Below are positions 16,586-26,144 of a DNA stretch of 59,991 nucleotides, in pieces. A program made the translations under genes and the position numbers. The notes below the pieces were generated by a model that did not search any database, was not told where the DNA came from, and saw only the letters and a list, made by a program, of their open reading frames with translations. The stretch is from Bacteroidia bacterium (GTDB lineage: Bacteria > Bacteroidota > Bacteroidia > Chitinophagales > BACL12), in assembly GCA_030432405.1 (NCBI GenBank), contig JAUIHG010000002.1, forward strand, positions 1 through 59,991, in the 5' to 3' direction. Numbering within the stretch: position 1 is the first letter of the stretch; each line of letters opens with the position of its first letter.

Positions 16586-17323
16586 TTAGACCGGCCCGTT
16601 CGGGTTGGTGGCCCATACGCTCAACTCCGGGATGAAGCCGCGCGGGGCCATTTCCAGCGCGGTGACCACGGCGTGCGCGATTTCGCCGGAGCGGAGCTTG
16701 CGCGGGTGCTCGTCGCGTTCGTTGCGCTCGGCGCTGCCGAAGGCGGTGGTGACCTCCGACGGGTTGATGCCAAACACGCGGATGTCGTGCGGGCGGAGTT
16801 CGGCCTGCCAGCATTGCGTCATCGCGCGGAGCGCAAACTTGGACGCGGCATAGACCGAGCCTCCGGCGAAGCCCTTGGTCCCGGCCGTGGAGGCGATGTT
16901 GACGATGTCTCCGCCCCCATCCTTGAGGTAGGGCAGCGCGGCCTGGGTCATCAGCGCAAGGCCAAAGACGTTGACGTCAAAAACACGGCGAAAGTCCTCG
17001 GCCTTGACTTCCTCCAGCGGCCCAAAGGCCCCGATGCCAGCGTTGTTGACCAGCACGTCCAGGCCGCCCAGCGCTTCGGCCACCTTGACGGTTTCGCCCG
17101 CAAGGGCATCGTGGTCGGCCATGTCCAGGGCCAGGCCCAGGCATTTGAGTTCCGTGGCCACGTCCTGGACCTTGGTGGCGTCCCGGCCGGTGATGGCCAC
17201 TTTGGCGCCGCGGTCCACCAGGGTGGCGGCGATGGCTTTGCCTATGCCGGCACTGCCGCCGGTTACCAGGACCTTACGGCCTTTCAGATTGCTGCGTTCG
17301 GGGAGGTAGTCGGTGCTGCTCAT
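16586..17323 (-). CDS. SDR-family oxidoreductase
   Basis: Has the Rossmann motif VLVTGGSAGIGKAIA and the catalytic YAASKFAL (YxxxK). The start is trimmed to MSSTDYLPERSNLKGRK (17323). The track ORF begins at 17356. Confidence 0.9.
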   Translation of the reverse strand: MSSTDYLPERSNLKGRKVLVTGGSAGIGKAIAATLVDRGAKVAITGRDATKVQDVATELKCLGLALDMADHDALAGETVKVAEALGGLDVLVNNAGIGAFGPLEEVKAEDFRRVFDVNVFGLALMTQAALPYLKDGGGDIVNIASTAGTKGFAGGSVYAASKFALRAMTQCWQAELRPHDIRVFGINPSEVTTAFGSAERNERDEHPRKLRSGEIAHAVVTALEMAPRGFIPELSVWATNPNGPV

Positions 17324-17524
17324 GCAGCGAATATGCGCCGTGCAGGCTTGCGCCACAGCGCCGGGACCGGCAAATGTTCCGCCCGATCAACTTGAGCGAC
17401 GCATCCACCGCAATACGCATTTGGTTATGATGCATTACTGGCGTTTCTTACACAATCCATGTTGTGTAGGATCGGCCTTTTCCAGGCGCACAGTTTGCGC
17501 CACGAGCAAGTAGACCGAAAACCA

Positions 17525-18499
17525 ATGCGTTCATGCTGCTGTGCGATCCATTGGAGGGTTCTGTTATGGGCGGCCGCCTTCTTTTTGTTTCAATTTCCCG
17601 TTGATGGGCTACTGGCACAGCAACCCGACCCCATTGCACCCTTGATCGAACTGGCCAATTCGGGCAAGTCCAAAAAGGCGGTCAAAGCGCTTGAAGCCCT
17701 GGAAAGCGATTCGGCATGGAGGCTGGAAGCCAGGGCTGTCAAAGCCAATATCTTGCTGGTGCAATTGGACGATGCCGAAAGCGGCATGGCCATATTACAG
17801 GAAAATCTCGTTGAGGCCCCACAGCACTTCAGCAGTCTGGAGGTGCGGGGCCGCTATTACCTCGAAATCCTGGAAATTGCCCGTGCGGAAGCAGACTTCC
17901 GGTCCCTGGTTCGAGCGGCAGGAACATCGGACAGCTTGTTGTCCAAAGCGTACCTCGCGCTGGGCAACACATTGGTCATGCAGCAGCGCTTTGAAGAGGC
18001 GCTGGAGACGTATCAGCTCGGGCTGGAGGTGGATTCCGGTGCACCTGGACACCGCATGGGCATGGCCAATGCCCTGGGCGACTTGGGCCGGGATGAAGAA
18101 GCCATCCAGATTCTGGAAAGCGTCCGTGAAGAATTGCCCGACCAAATGGAGGTCATGAACAATCTGGGCTTTTTATACATGGGCGTTGAGCGCTATGAGG
18201 AGGCGGCAGCAGCTTTTGACCGGATCATCGCGCTGGACCCGGAGGCGGCTTTTTCCTGGAGCAACCGCGCCTACGCCAAACTGCAACTGGGTGACCCTGA
18301 TGCTGCACTGGAAGACATTCAGCAGTCCATCAAACTGATGCCCAGCAATTCCTGGGCGCACCGCAACCTGGGCCTCATCCGGCAGGCCATGGGCCAACCC
18401 GATGCCGCATGTGACGCCTGGCGCGACGCCCGTTCCTGGGGCTTTGAACGCATGTACGGTCCGGAAGTTGAAAAATTGATCCGCGAAAACTGCCGCTGA
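17525..18499 (+). CDS. Secreted TPR-repeat protein
   Basis: The likely start is MRSCCCAIHWRVLLWAAAFFLFQFPVDGLLAQ (signal-like). TPR-type repeats follow (AYLALGNTLVMQQRFEEALETYQLGLEVD, MNNLGFLYMGVERYEEAAAAFDRIIALDP, WSNRAYAKLQLGDPDAALEDIQQSIKLMP). The track ORF starts at 17459. Confidence 0.85.
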   Translation: MRSCCCAIHWRVLLWAAAFFLFQFPVDGLLAQQPDPIAPLIELANSGKSKKAVKALEALESDSAWRLEARAVKANILLVQLDDAESGMAILQENLVEAPQHFSSLEVRGRYYLEILEIARAEADFRSLVRAAGTSDSLLSKAYLALGNTLVMQQRFEEALETYQLGLEVDSGAPGHRMGMANALGDLGRDEEAIQILESVREELPDQMEVMNNLGFLYMGVERYEEAAAAFDRIIALDPEAAFSWSNRAYAKLQLGDPDAALEDIQQSIKLMPSNSWAHRNLGLIRQAMGQPDAACDAWRDARSWGFERMYGPEVEKLIRENCR

Positions 18500-18575
18500 T
18501 TCCGCCACTCTTTTCCCTTTTGTGCAGGTACCGTGCTGGTCTGCCCGCTGTACCTGCTCCATCTCCACATTTCCC

Positions 18576-21500
18576 ATGCATTTGTTTTTCCGCACCCGGC
18601 GTGTCCTGCTCGCCGCTTGCTTTCTGTTTTTCGCCGGTACCGGCGAAATGCTTCTGCACGCACAAAGCCTGTCCGTACCCACCGATGTCCAAAGCCCGGA
18701 CCACGGCCACTCCGTGCTGATGGACCTGGACCGGCTGGAAGCCGAGGAAGGTCCCGAAGCGGCTATAGAAGCTTTGTCCGGCGTCCACCCCTCGGATACG
18801 CTCTACGAACAGGTCCTGCTCCAGCACTTGGAGCTGCTGCTGCGCCACCGGCCCGATGACCACGATGCCCAGGTGGCCCTGCTCCAGGCGGGCATTGCGC
18901 TCAACGGATGGGAGGTCTATACCTTCTTCATTACGCTGCCTGCTGTACTGGCCAGCCAGGAAAGGGGTGAAGAAGCACTGGAAGCTGCCGAGGAGGCGAT
19001 GCGCCGGTATCCCATGAACGCTCTGGCGGCCCGCACCAAAAGCATTGCCCTCCTCGCCCTGGACCGCAAGGACGAAGCCTTGTCCCTGCTTCAGGACCTG
19101 GCGCGCCAGTTTCCCTACGAGTCCACCATCCATTCGGACATCGCCAAATACGTGTCCGCCGATGGCGAATACACCCGCGCCGCCATGGCCTATGCGTATG
19201 CCCTGGGCCTTGAAATGGAAAGCAGCAACAGCCAACAAGCGCTCGTGGACATGGACAACCTGCTGCGGGGCGCCAGTCCGGACTATGAGGAAAACGGGTT
19301 TGACTTTGGCCGCAGTGCCGGACGCTATGCCGACCTGGACCTGCTGGTCAAAAACCGGGTATCCATGGACCGCGACTACAAAATGAAACCCAAGGTTACG
19401 TTTGCATTTGCCCGTCAGTTTCATTTCATCTGCAGCAACCTGAAGCAGTTGCCCAAACAAGACGGATTCTGGTACGACATGTATGAAAGCGTCTTCAGGG
19501 ATTTTCTGGACGACGACCTGTTCGAGGGCTGGATGTACATGGCCCTGGCCAGCAGTCAGGATCCGGACGTATACCAGCAAGCTGTCAAAAACAAAAAGAA
19601 GCTGCTCGAATTCCGAAGCCACTTTCACGACATGGTCTATTCCCGATACGGTCAGACCGAAGCCGAGGTTGATGGCAAAATGGTTGCCGTGGAGCGGGTT
19701 TTCAACAACGATGGAAGCATCTTGGGCCAGGGCAAAAGCACGCCCAATGAACAACCGACTGGAACCTGGCGCTACTATCACGACAACGGCGTCCTGGCCG
19801 GCGTGGGCGCCTTTGACAAGGCTGGAGAAAGAGACGGGAAGTGGCTCATGTACGACCAGCGCGGCGTCCTGAGGCGCAAAGTGCATTATGCCCATGGCGT
19901 TGAATCCGGTCCATATGTTCTGTACTATCCGCACGGCCACCGCAGCGACAGTGTGTTTTTAGTGGACGGAACGGCTGAAGGCACTGTGCTGGATTTTTGG
20001 AAAAACGGTGCTCCGCGATACTCCAAAATTAAAAAGGACGGGGAGTTCAATGGGCCGGCCAAAGAGTTTTACAGAAATGGGGCCTTGCACTATGCGTATC
20101 AATTGGTCAACGACAAGCTGGATGGACCTGCCAAAGGATACATGCCAAATGGGCAGCTGGAGTACATTATGAACTTCAAAAACGGGCAACGGCACGGCCC
20201 GCAACTGGAGTTCTATCGGACTGGCGATACGACCGTCGTTGAGCGCTTCGCCGAAGGCAAACGCGATGGCGCATACCGGTTCTTTTACGACGGGGGCACC
20301 TTGCGGCAAACCGGTACCGCTGTGGACGGAGTAAGCGTGGACACCATCCGCAGGTATTACATCCATGGAGGGCTGGAAGAGCAAATGGTCTTTGACAGCA
20401 AGGGGAGAAAAGAGGGCACGCACCTGACCTACAGCCCCCAGGGCCATCTGTATACCGTCATGGAGTTCAAGCGGGACCTATTGATGGCGTATACCTACTA
20501 CGATGCTGAGGGCAAAGTGCTGATCAGCCAGGAAAGAAACAAAGGCCGGTTTGACTTTGTAGGCTACACTTCTGCAGGACACCGGCTGGTGGAAGGCCGT
20601 TACCTGGATGAAGGCGACAAAGACGGATTGTGGACCTATTACTACGAAAATGGACAAAAGCAGTCGGAGGAAACCATGGACAAAGGCGTCCGAAATGGCC
20701 CCTCAAAGACCTACTATCCCAATGGCCAATTGAAAGAAAAGAGCCACTACTCGGATGGGCTACTGGATGGTCAGTATACCCGCTACTACATCGATGGCGC
20801 ATTGGAGGCGCATGGGCGTTTCGCCGAAGGCGAAAGAGACGGTTCCTCCACCACCTTCCACCCGGATGGCGAAACGCCAAAGGAAATCAGATACCATATC
20901 GACGGCGAATTGGAGGGCTATCAATACGATTTTGGGGTTGACGGTGTTTTGACGGCACGAGACCAGTACCTCGAGGGGTTTTTGTTGGAGCAGTGCTATT
21001 ACAACGCCGAGGGCGTGGAGTACGAATGCATGCGCTATCCGGAAGGCGAGTCCACCATGCGCTTTATGTATGCCAACGGTGCTCCTTTTGCTGATCTGCA
21101 CCTGCGCTACGGGGTGCTTGATGGACCCGGCACCTGGTATTATCCCGATGGAAGCATAGAAACCACAGGCGAAAACCTCAATGGGAAGCGCCACAACGAA
21201 TGGGTGTATTACAATCCGGACGGGACCGAAAGCGATCGCTACCACTACAACATGGGCCGTTTGCTGGACAGCGTGGTCCATCTGGACTACCATGGAAACA
21301 CGTCTTCCGTCCAACGTTTCTACCGGGGAGAGGAGCACGGTCTCTATTCGGAATTTTTCAACAACGGCAAGCCCAGCATGCACCGGGAAAAAGCCTTTGG
21401 CGAAATGCATGGAACCACAACCACATTCGCCTATACCGGCGAACGCCAACTGGTGCGGTATTACGACCGCAGCCGGCTCATCGGTTACAGCTACGAAGGA

Positions 21501-21923
21501 TCAAACGGCGCATTGGTGGATACCATTTTTGTAGACTGGAGCGATGCAGTCCTGGAACCGAAATACGCCAACGGCCAAACCTCCAGGGTTATGCGTTACA
21601 TCAATGGCGAATTGCATGGGGCATACAAAGAGTTTTACCCCAGTGGCCAAGAGATGGAATCGCTGGACTTTGTCCATGGATACCGCCATGGCGATGCCGT
21701 TGAGTATTTCCCGGATGGAAGCATCCGCACGGAGGGCCAATTCCACTACGGCGCCCGGGAAGGCTCCTTCTCCAGCTACCATGCACCCGGCGTATTGGCT
21801 TCCGAAGTAACCTACCGCCAGGGCAAGCTTCACGGCCCTGCTGCATTTTACGGCAAGGATGGCACGCTCATGGGCCGTTACCAATACCGAAATGGCAATC
21901 TGGTCGACATCCTGAACCCTTGA
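18576..21923 (+). CDS. Giant secreted protein: N-terminal TPR-like region plus dozens of MORN-variant (YwqK-type) repeats
   Basis: The start is trimmed to MHLFFRTRRVLLAACFLFFAGTGEMLLHAQS (ATG 18576). The body is made of reiterated G-x-W-x-x-Y-Y-x-N-G / DG-type units (for example YYPNGQLKEKSHYSDGLLDGQYTRYYIDGALEAHGRFAEGERDG). Confidence 0.9.
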   Translation: MHLFFRTRRVLLAACFLFFAGTGEMLLHAQSLSVPTDVQSPDHGHSVLMDLDRLEAEEGPEAAIEALSGVHPSDTLYEQVLLQHLELLLRHRPDDHDAQVALLQAGIALNGWEVYTFFITLPAVLASQERGEEALEAAEEAMRRYPMNALAARTKSIALLALDRKDEALSLLQDLARQFPYESTIHSDIAKYVSADGEYTRAAMAYAYALGLEMESSNSQQALVDMDNLLRGASPDYEENGFDFGRSAGRYADLDLLVKNRVSMDRDYKMKPKVTFAFARQFHFICSNLKQLPKQDGFWYDMYESVFRDFLDDDLFEGWMYMALASSQDPDVYQQAVKNKKKLLEFRSHFHDMVYSRYGQTEAEVDGKMVAVERVFNNDGSILGQGKSTPNEQPTGTWRYYHDNGVLAGVGAFDKAGERDGKWLMYDQRGVLRRKVHYAHGVESGPYVLYYPHGHRSDSVFLVDGTAEGTVLDFWKNGAPRYSKIKKDGEFNGPAKEFYRNGALHYAYQLVNDKLDGPAKGYMPNGQLEYIMNFKNGQRHGPQLEFYRTGDTTVVERFAEGKRDGAYRFFYDGGTLRQTGTAVDGVSVDTIRRYYIHGGLEEQMVFDSKGRKEGTHLTYSPQGHLYTVMEFKRDLLMAYTYYDAEGKVLISQERNKGRFDFVGYTSAGHRLVEGRYLDEGDKDGLWTYYYENGQKQSEETMDKGVRNGPSKTYYPNGQLKEKSHYSDGLLDGQYTRYYIDGALEAHGRFAEGERDGSSTTFHPDGETPKEIRYHIDGELEGYQYDFGVDGVLTARDQYLEGFLLEQCYYNAEGVEYECMRYPEGESTMRFMYANGAPFADLHLRYGVLDGPGTWYYPDGSIETTGENLNGKRHNEWVYYNPDGTESDRYHYNMGRLLDSVVHLDYHGNTSSVQRFYRGEEHGLYSEFFNNGKPSMHREKAFGEMHGTTTTFAYTGERQLVRYYDRSRLIGYSYEGSNGALVDTIFVDWSDAVLEPKYANGQTSRVMRYINGELHGAYKEFYPSGQEMESLDFVHGYRHGDAVEYFPDGSIRTEGQFHYGAREGSFSSYHAPGVLASEVTYRQGKLHGPAAFYGKDGTLMGRYQYRNGNLVDILNP

Positions 21924-22053
21924 CCGCGATCGCCTATTCAACAAGACTTTTGTTCAAGCCGCGGTCAAAAAGGCGGATTGCCTGCATCCTCCTCCTGTCC
22001 CGCTGCCCCGAACAAGCCTGCCAGGCGTAGGTTTGACGCGTTGATCCATACCC

Positions 22054-24117
22054 ATGCATCCCGTCTCATTCTGTGCACGCCGCAGCCGCAACTGCAGCAA
22101 CTTTCCCTCAACATTGTCCGCTGCGGTTTGGCCGCAAGGTGCCTTGTTGTCCTTTCTTGTATTGTTTGCAAGCGTTGAAACCGCATCCCTGCAGGCCCAA
22201 TCCCCGGATGCCTTCGAGGACCTCGATGCGCTGCGCGACCGCTACGATGGCGAACGTTCCATCGCGCTTTCGCGCGAAGAGCGCATGGTCATCGAACGCG
22301 GGCCCGAAGGATTGACCGGCCGCGTGGAAAGCACCGAGCGCATCCTGCACCTGCGCGGTCCATTGGGCGGCATGCCGACCGAGGAGGTGCCCTATTCCGG
22401 GCTCATCGCCCTGGAGGAGATCGAGGCCTGGACGGAAGTGCCCAAAGGCAAGGGCAAATACCGCCGGGAAAACGTGCGGAAATTCAGCCACTACGATGTC
22501 CTGGACGAGGAGATCTTCCACAACGACAGCCGTGCGGTGTCGTTCAGTTACCCGGAACAGGTGCCCGGCAGCATCACCCACCTGCACACCGTGCACCGCT
22601 ATGCGGACGCACGCCTGATGACGCGCTACCTGTTCTCGAGCTACATGCCCGTGCTGCACACCCGGCTGACGGTGGAATATCCCGAAGATGTTCGGGTACG
22701 CCTGGTGCCCTACGGCATCGACGAAGCCGACTGGCAGCCGGTAGCCGGGACCGGCAAGAAAAACACGCAGACCTGGACGGTCGAATTCCACGACCTGGAC
22801 GCGCTGGATTTTGTGGAGCAGGCACCGGGTTTGCTGTACCACGCGCCCCATGTGCAATTGCTGGTGGAGGACCCCTCCAACCCCAACGACCGGGGCGGCG
22901 ACCTGGACCGCATGTACCGCTGGTACCACGGCCACATTGAAGCGGCCAAGATGGCGGAAGTGCCGGCGCTGACGGCCCTGGCCGATTCGCTGTGCCAGGG
23001 GCTTGAACAACCGGCGCAAAAAGCGGCAGCCCTGCTCCAATGGGTACAGCAAAACATCCGCTATGTGGCCATCGAAGACGGCTGGAACGGCCTGGTGCCC
23101 ATCCAGCCGGACATCACCTACCAGGTGCGCTACGGGGATTGCAAGGGCATGTCGGCCATCCTGCAAACCATGATGCGCAGCCAGGGCCTGGACGCGCGCC
23201 TGGCCTGGGTAGGCACCCGCCGCCTGCCCTACCGCTACGACGAGCTGGCCAACTGTTCGGTGGACAACCACATGATCGTGGCCTGGAAGGCCGAAGGCCC
23301 CGTGCCGGCGGCTGCCTTGCCGTCCGACAACGGCTGGCTGCTCATCGACCCCACACACGACCAATTGGCCTTTGGCCTGCCCAGTCCCTTCATCCAGGGC
23401 AAGCAGGTGTTGGTTTCGGGGCCGGATGCGGAGGACTATGACCTGGCCCTGGCGCCCGTGGTTCCGGCGGACCACAACAGCATTTCGGACAGCCTGGAGG
23501 TGGAGCTGGACGGCAGCGCCCTGCTGGGCCGCGGCCGAATGGTTTTTTCGGGCATCCCGCGCAACCACCTGGCCTCCATTCTGCTGCATGTGCCCGAAAA
23601 GGACTGGGCGGACATGCTCACCGAGCGCCATCCCAAAGGCAACAACCGCATGCGCTACTCCAGCGTGGCCGTGCAGGGCCTGGAGGACCCCAACCAGCCT
23701 TTGGTGCTGGACTATGAAATGCGCATCCCGGAGTTCATCCGCGAGATCGACGGGGAAGCCTTTGTACCCGCCGAGCTGGCTTTTCCCTTTGCCGAGTACC
23801 GCTATAAAGAAGACCGGACCCTGCCGGTGGTTTTTGAATATGCCCGGGAGTACCGCCATGTGGTGGCCTGGACGCTTCCAGAAGAACTCCGCGTAAAACA
23901 CGTTCCGGAGGCCAGCGCCTTTACCGGCGAAGGCTTCTCCTACCGCTTTGAGCCCCGCCTCGGCGATGCGGCCAAAGACGAATCCGGTTTGGTGACCGAA
24001 ACCGTGTACCGCCTGGAAACCATCGAGCTGGAACCCGAACTCGTCCCGAGCTGGAACGCCATGAATGCCCAGCGCAAACGCGAACTCAACCGCAGCCTGG
24101 TGCTGCAACGTCCCTAA
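22054..24117 (+). CDS. DUF3857-type N-terminal domain plus transglutaminase-like cysteine protease fold (catalytic triad present)
   Basis: Triad-like motifs are YGDCKGMSAIL (Cys), DNHMIVAW (His) and WLLIDPT (Asp). There is a signal-like LLSFLVLFASVETASLQAQS. The family assignment is from memory of the Bacteroidota DUF3857/transglutaminase architecture. Confidence 0.85.
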   Translation: MHPVSFCARRSRNCSNFPSTLSAAVWPQGALLSFLVLFASVETASLQAQSPDAFEDLDALRDRYDGERSIALSREERMVIERGPEGLTGRVESTERILHLRGPLGGMPTEEVPYSGLIALEEIEAWTEVPKGKGKYRRENVRKFSHYDVLDEEIFHNDSRAVSFSYPEQVPGSITHLHTVHRYADARLMTRYLFSSYMPVLHTRLTVEYPEDVRVRLVPYGIDEADWQPVAGTGKKNTQTWTVEFHDLDALDFVEQAPGLLYHAPHVQLLVEDPSNPNDRGGDLDRMYRWYHGHIEAAKMAEVPALTALADSLCQGLEQPAQKAAALLQWVQQNIRYVAIEDGWNGLVPIQPDITYQVRYGDCKGMSAILQTMMRSQGLDARLAWVGTRRLPYRYDELANCSVDNHMIVAWKAEGPVPAAALPSDNGWLLIDPTHDQLAFGLPSPFIQGKQVLVSGPDAEDYDLALAPVVPADHNSISDSLEVELDGSALLGRGRMVFSGIPRNHLASILLHVPEKDWADMLTERHPKGNNRMRYSSVAVQGLEDPNQPLVLDYEMRIPEFIREIDGEAFVPAELAFPFAEYRYKEDRTLPVVFEYAREYRHVVAWTLPEELRVKHVPEASAFTGEGFSYRFEPRLGDAAKDESGLVTETVYRLETIELEPELVPSWNAMNAQRKRELNRSLVLQRP

Positions 24118-24128
24118 TCTTCATCCTC

Positions 24129-26141
24129 ATGTTCCGCATCAACCGGTCCATTGCTGTTCTTTCTTTTCGCTTTTTGACAGCCGCCTGTGGGCTGCTGGTG
24201 TTGTTGGGGCTTCCCTTCGCCGGGCAGGCGCAACACGACCTGGTCACGGAATACACCTGGGATGCGGTGCCGGTGATTCCGGATACGGTGGCCAGCATGA
24301 GCGAAGCCACAGTCATCCTGCAACAGCACACCATCGTGGACCGGGTGGCGGATAATGAAAACAGCACGGTGGAGGAATTCTACCTGTCCCACATCCAGGT
24401 CTTTCTGCGGGATCAGGGTGCGGTGGAGCGCAACAATACCTTGCAATTCAACATCAACGGCTTGCTGGCGCAGCCCGATATCCGCGCCCGCAGCATGTCG
24501 CCGGACGGAAAGGTGCATGAGCTGGAAGGGGACGATTTCAAATTCAGCGAGGACGACGAGGACCAGACCAAGACCCTCTATTTTGCCTTTGAGGGGCTGG
24601 AACCGGGCAGCATTATCGAATACATTTTGGTTCGGCACCAGGACGCCAACAGCCAGGGGGATACCGAATACCTCCAGCGCGGACTGCCCATGCTGCAACA
24701 GCATTTCCAGGTGGCTTCGGACATGGGCTGGGAGATGGGCTTCAAGTCCTACAACGGCGCTCCGGAAATGGAATTGGTGGAGAACGACGATCGGGAGTAC
24801 CTGCTCTGGGAACTGGAAACCGGATTCATGCCCGCATTGGAGGAACAAGCTTCCGCGGCCATGGACCGGCACAAGCCACGGGTGGACTTCCGTTTGGAGA
24901 CGGCCAACTACAGCTCCATCAAGTCCTTCACCTCGTTTGTCAATGCCACCAAGATCTACCACGGCACCATCCATCCGGAACTGGACAAAAAGACCGGTAA
25001 AGCCGTTTCCAAGTTTGTCAAGGACATGGATTTGCATTTGGCCCGGGACAACAGGGATAAAATCCGCAGCATCGAGTCTTCGATCAAAAAGCAGATCGCC
25101 TTTGCGGAAAACTACGCCCCTGTGCTCTCGGACGTGGCCAGCATCCTCACCAACCGCGTGGCCAACGACGTGGGCATGGCACGCCTTTTTGCCGCCATTT
25201 TCCGAGAAACCGAAATCCCCTATGAACTCGTGGTCGGTTGCGACCGCATGGAGCGTGTCATCGATGCCGATTTTGAGTCCTTTTTGCCGCTGCGGGAAAT
25301 CATGTTTTACCTGCCGGACATCGATGGCTACATGGATCCATCAGCACCGGCCTACCGTGCGCCCTATGCCGACATGAGCCTGATGGCCACCGATGCCCTG
25401 CACATCCGCAATTTTGAGTTGGGGGACGGCATCACTGGCGTGGGCAGTGTGCGGTACGTGCCCGCCTTACCCGACACGCTCAATGTTCACGACCACCGGT
25501 TCACCGTCACCTTTGCGGAAGACGGCACCACGGCGGACATCGAATTTGAAAACATCCTGATGGGCTATCCGGGCACCTTCCAGACCTACTACGACCTGCT
25601 GGACTACGACACGCAGGAAGAAGTGATCCACGGCATGCTGGAATACCTCATCGGCGAAGAGGGCAATCCGGAGATCGTTGTCCGCTACGCCGAAGACATC
25701 CATATGGGACGCCAGCCCATGGTCATGGCCGGACGCGTGGAAACCGACCGTTTCTCCGGACTGGCCGGCGAACGCCGGCTGTTCAACATCGGCGAATTGA
25801 TTGGGCCCCAGGTGGAGATGTACGACTCCGTGGCCCGTACCCTGCCGGTGGAAGAGCTGTTCAACCGCCGCTACCTGCGTGAATTCGACATCACCCTGCC
25901 CGAAGGCTGGGTGCTGCAAAACCCCGAAGATTTGCATTTCGACGTACGCCTGGACCTGGATGGCGAAACGCCGATGGCCTTCGTGTCCGAATACACCCTC
26001 GACGGCCGCAAGCTCACCGTACGGGTCCACGAATACTACCGCACCGTCCGCCTGCCCCTGGAAAAGTACCCCGAGTACCGCGCCGTGATCAACGCCGCCG
26101 CCGACTTCAACAAAGTGGCCCTGGTGTTGGCGCCGGAATAA
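24129..26141 (+). CDS. Paralogous DUF3857/transglutaminase-like protein lacking the catalytic Cys (probable pseudoenzyme)
   Basis: Has a clear signal peptide (MFRINRSIAVLSFRFLTAACGLLVLLGLPFAGQAQ). The architecture and length match the upstream gene, but the position equivalent to GDCKG reads ANDVGMARLF, with no Cys. It starts 11 nt after the upstream stop. Confidence 0.8.
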   Translation: MFRINRSIAVLSFRFLTAACGLLVLLGLPFAGQAQHDLVTEYTWDAVPVIPDTVASMSEATVILQQHTIVDRVADNENSTVEEFYLSHIQVFLRDQGAVERNNTLQFNINGLLAQPDIRARSMSPDGKVHELEGDDFKFSEDDEDQTKTLYFAFEGLEPGSIIEYILVRHQDANSQGDTEYLQRGLPMLQQHFQVASDMGWEMGFKSYNGAPEMELVENDDREYLLWELETGFMPALEEQASAAMDRHKPRVDFRLETANYSSIKSFTSFVNATKIYHGTIHPELDKKTGKAVSKFVKDMDLHLARDNRDKIRSIESSIKKQIAFAENYAPVLSDVASILTNRVANDVGMARLFAAIFRETEIPYELVVGCDRMERVIDADFESFLPLREIMFYLPDIDGYMDPSAPAYRAPYADMSLMATDALHIRNFELGDGITGVGSVRYVPALPDTLNVHDHRFTVTFAEDGTTADIEFENILMGYPGTFQTYYDLLDYDTQEEVIHGMLEYLIGEEGNPEIVVRYAEDIHMGRQPMVMAGRVETDRFSGLAGERRLFNIGELIGPQVEMYDSVARTLPVEELFNRRYLREFDITLPEGWVLQNPEDLHFDVRLDLDGETPMAFVSEYTLDGRKLTVRVHEYYRTVRLPLEKYPEYRAVINAAADFNKVALVLAPE

Positions 26142-26144
26142 TGC

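Noticed and set aside
18375-19940. 521-aa minus-strand ORF overlapping the TPR gene end and the MORN gene start. Also 41586-42782 (398 aa), antisense to nhaD
   Set aside because: These are shadow frames. The opposite strands encode repeat or transporter proteins with clear signatures.
21927-21934. Cyanobacterial HIP1 octamer GCGATCGC (also at 21233-21240 and 57224-57231)
   Set aside because: Three copies in 60 kb is about what base composition predicts by my rough estimate, so there is no evidence of enrichment.
22108-24108. 666-aa minus-strand ORF antisense to the transglutaminase-like gene
   Set aside because: A shadow ORF. The plus frame carries the Cys-His-Asp motifs and a signal peptide.
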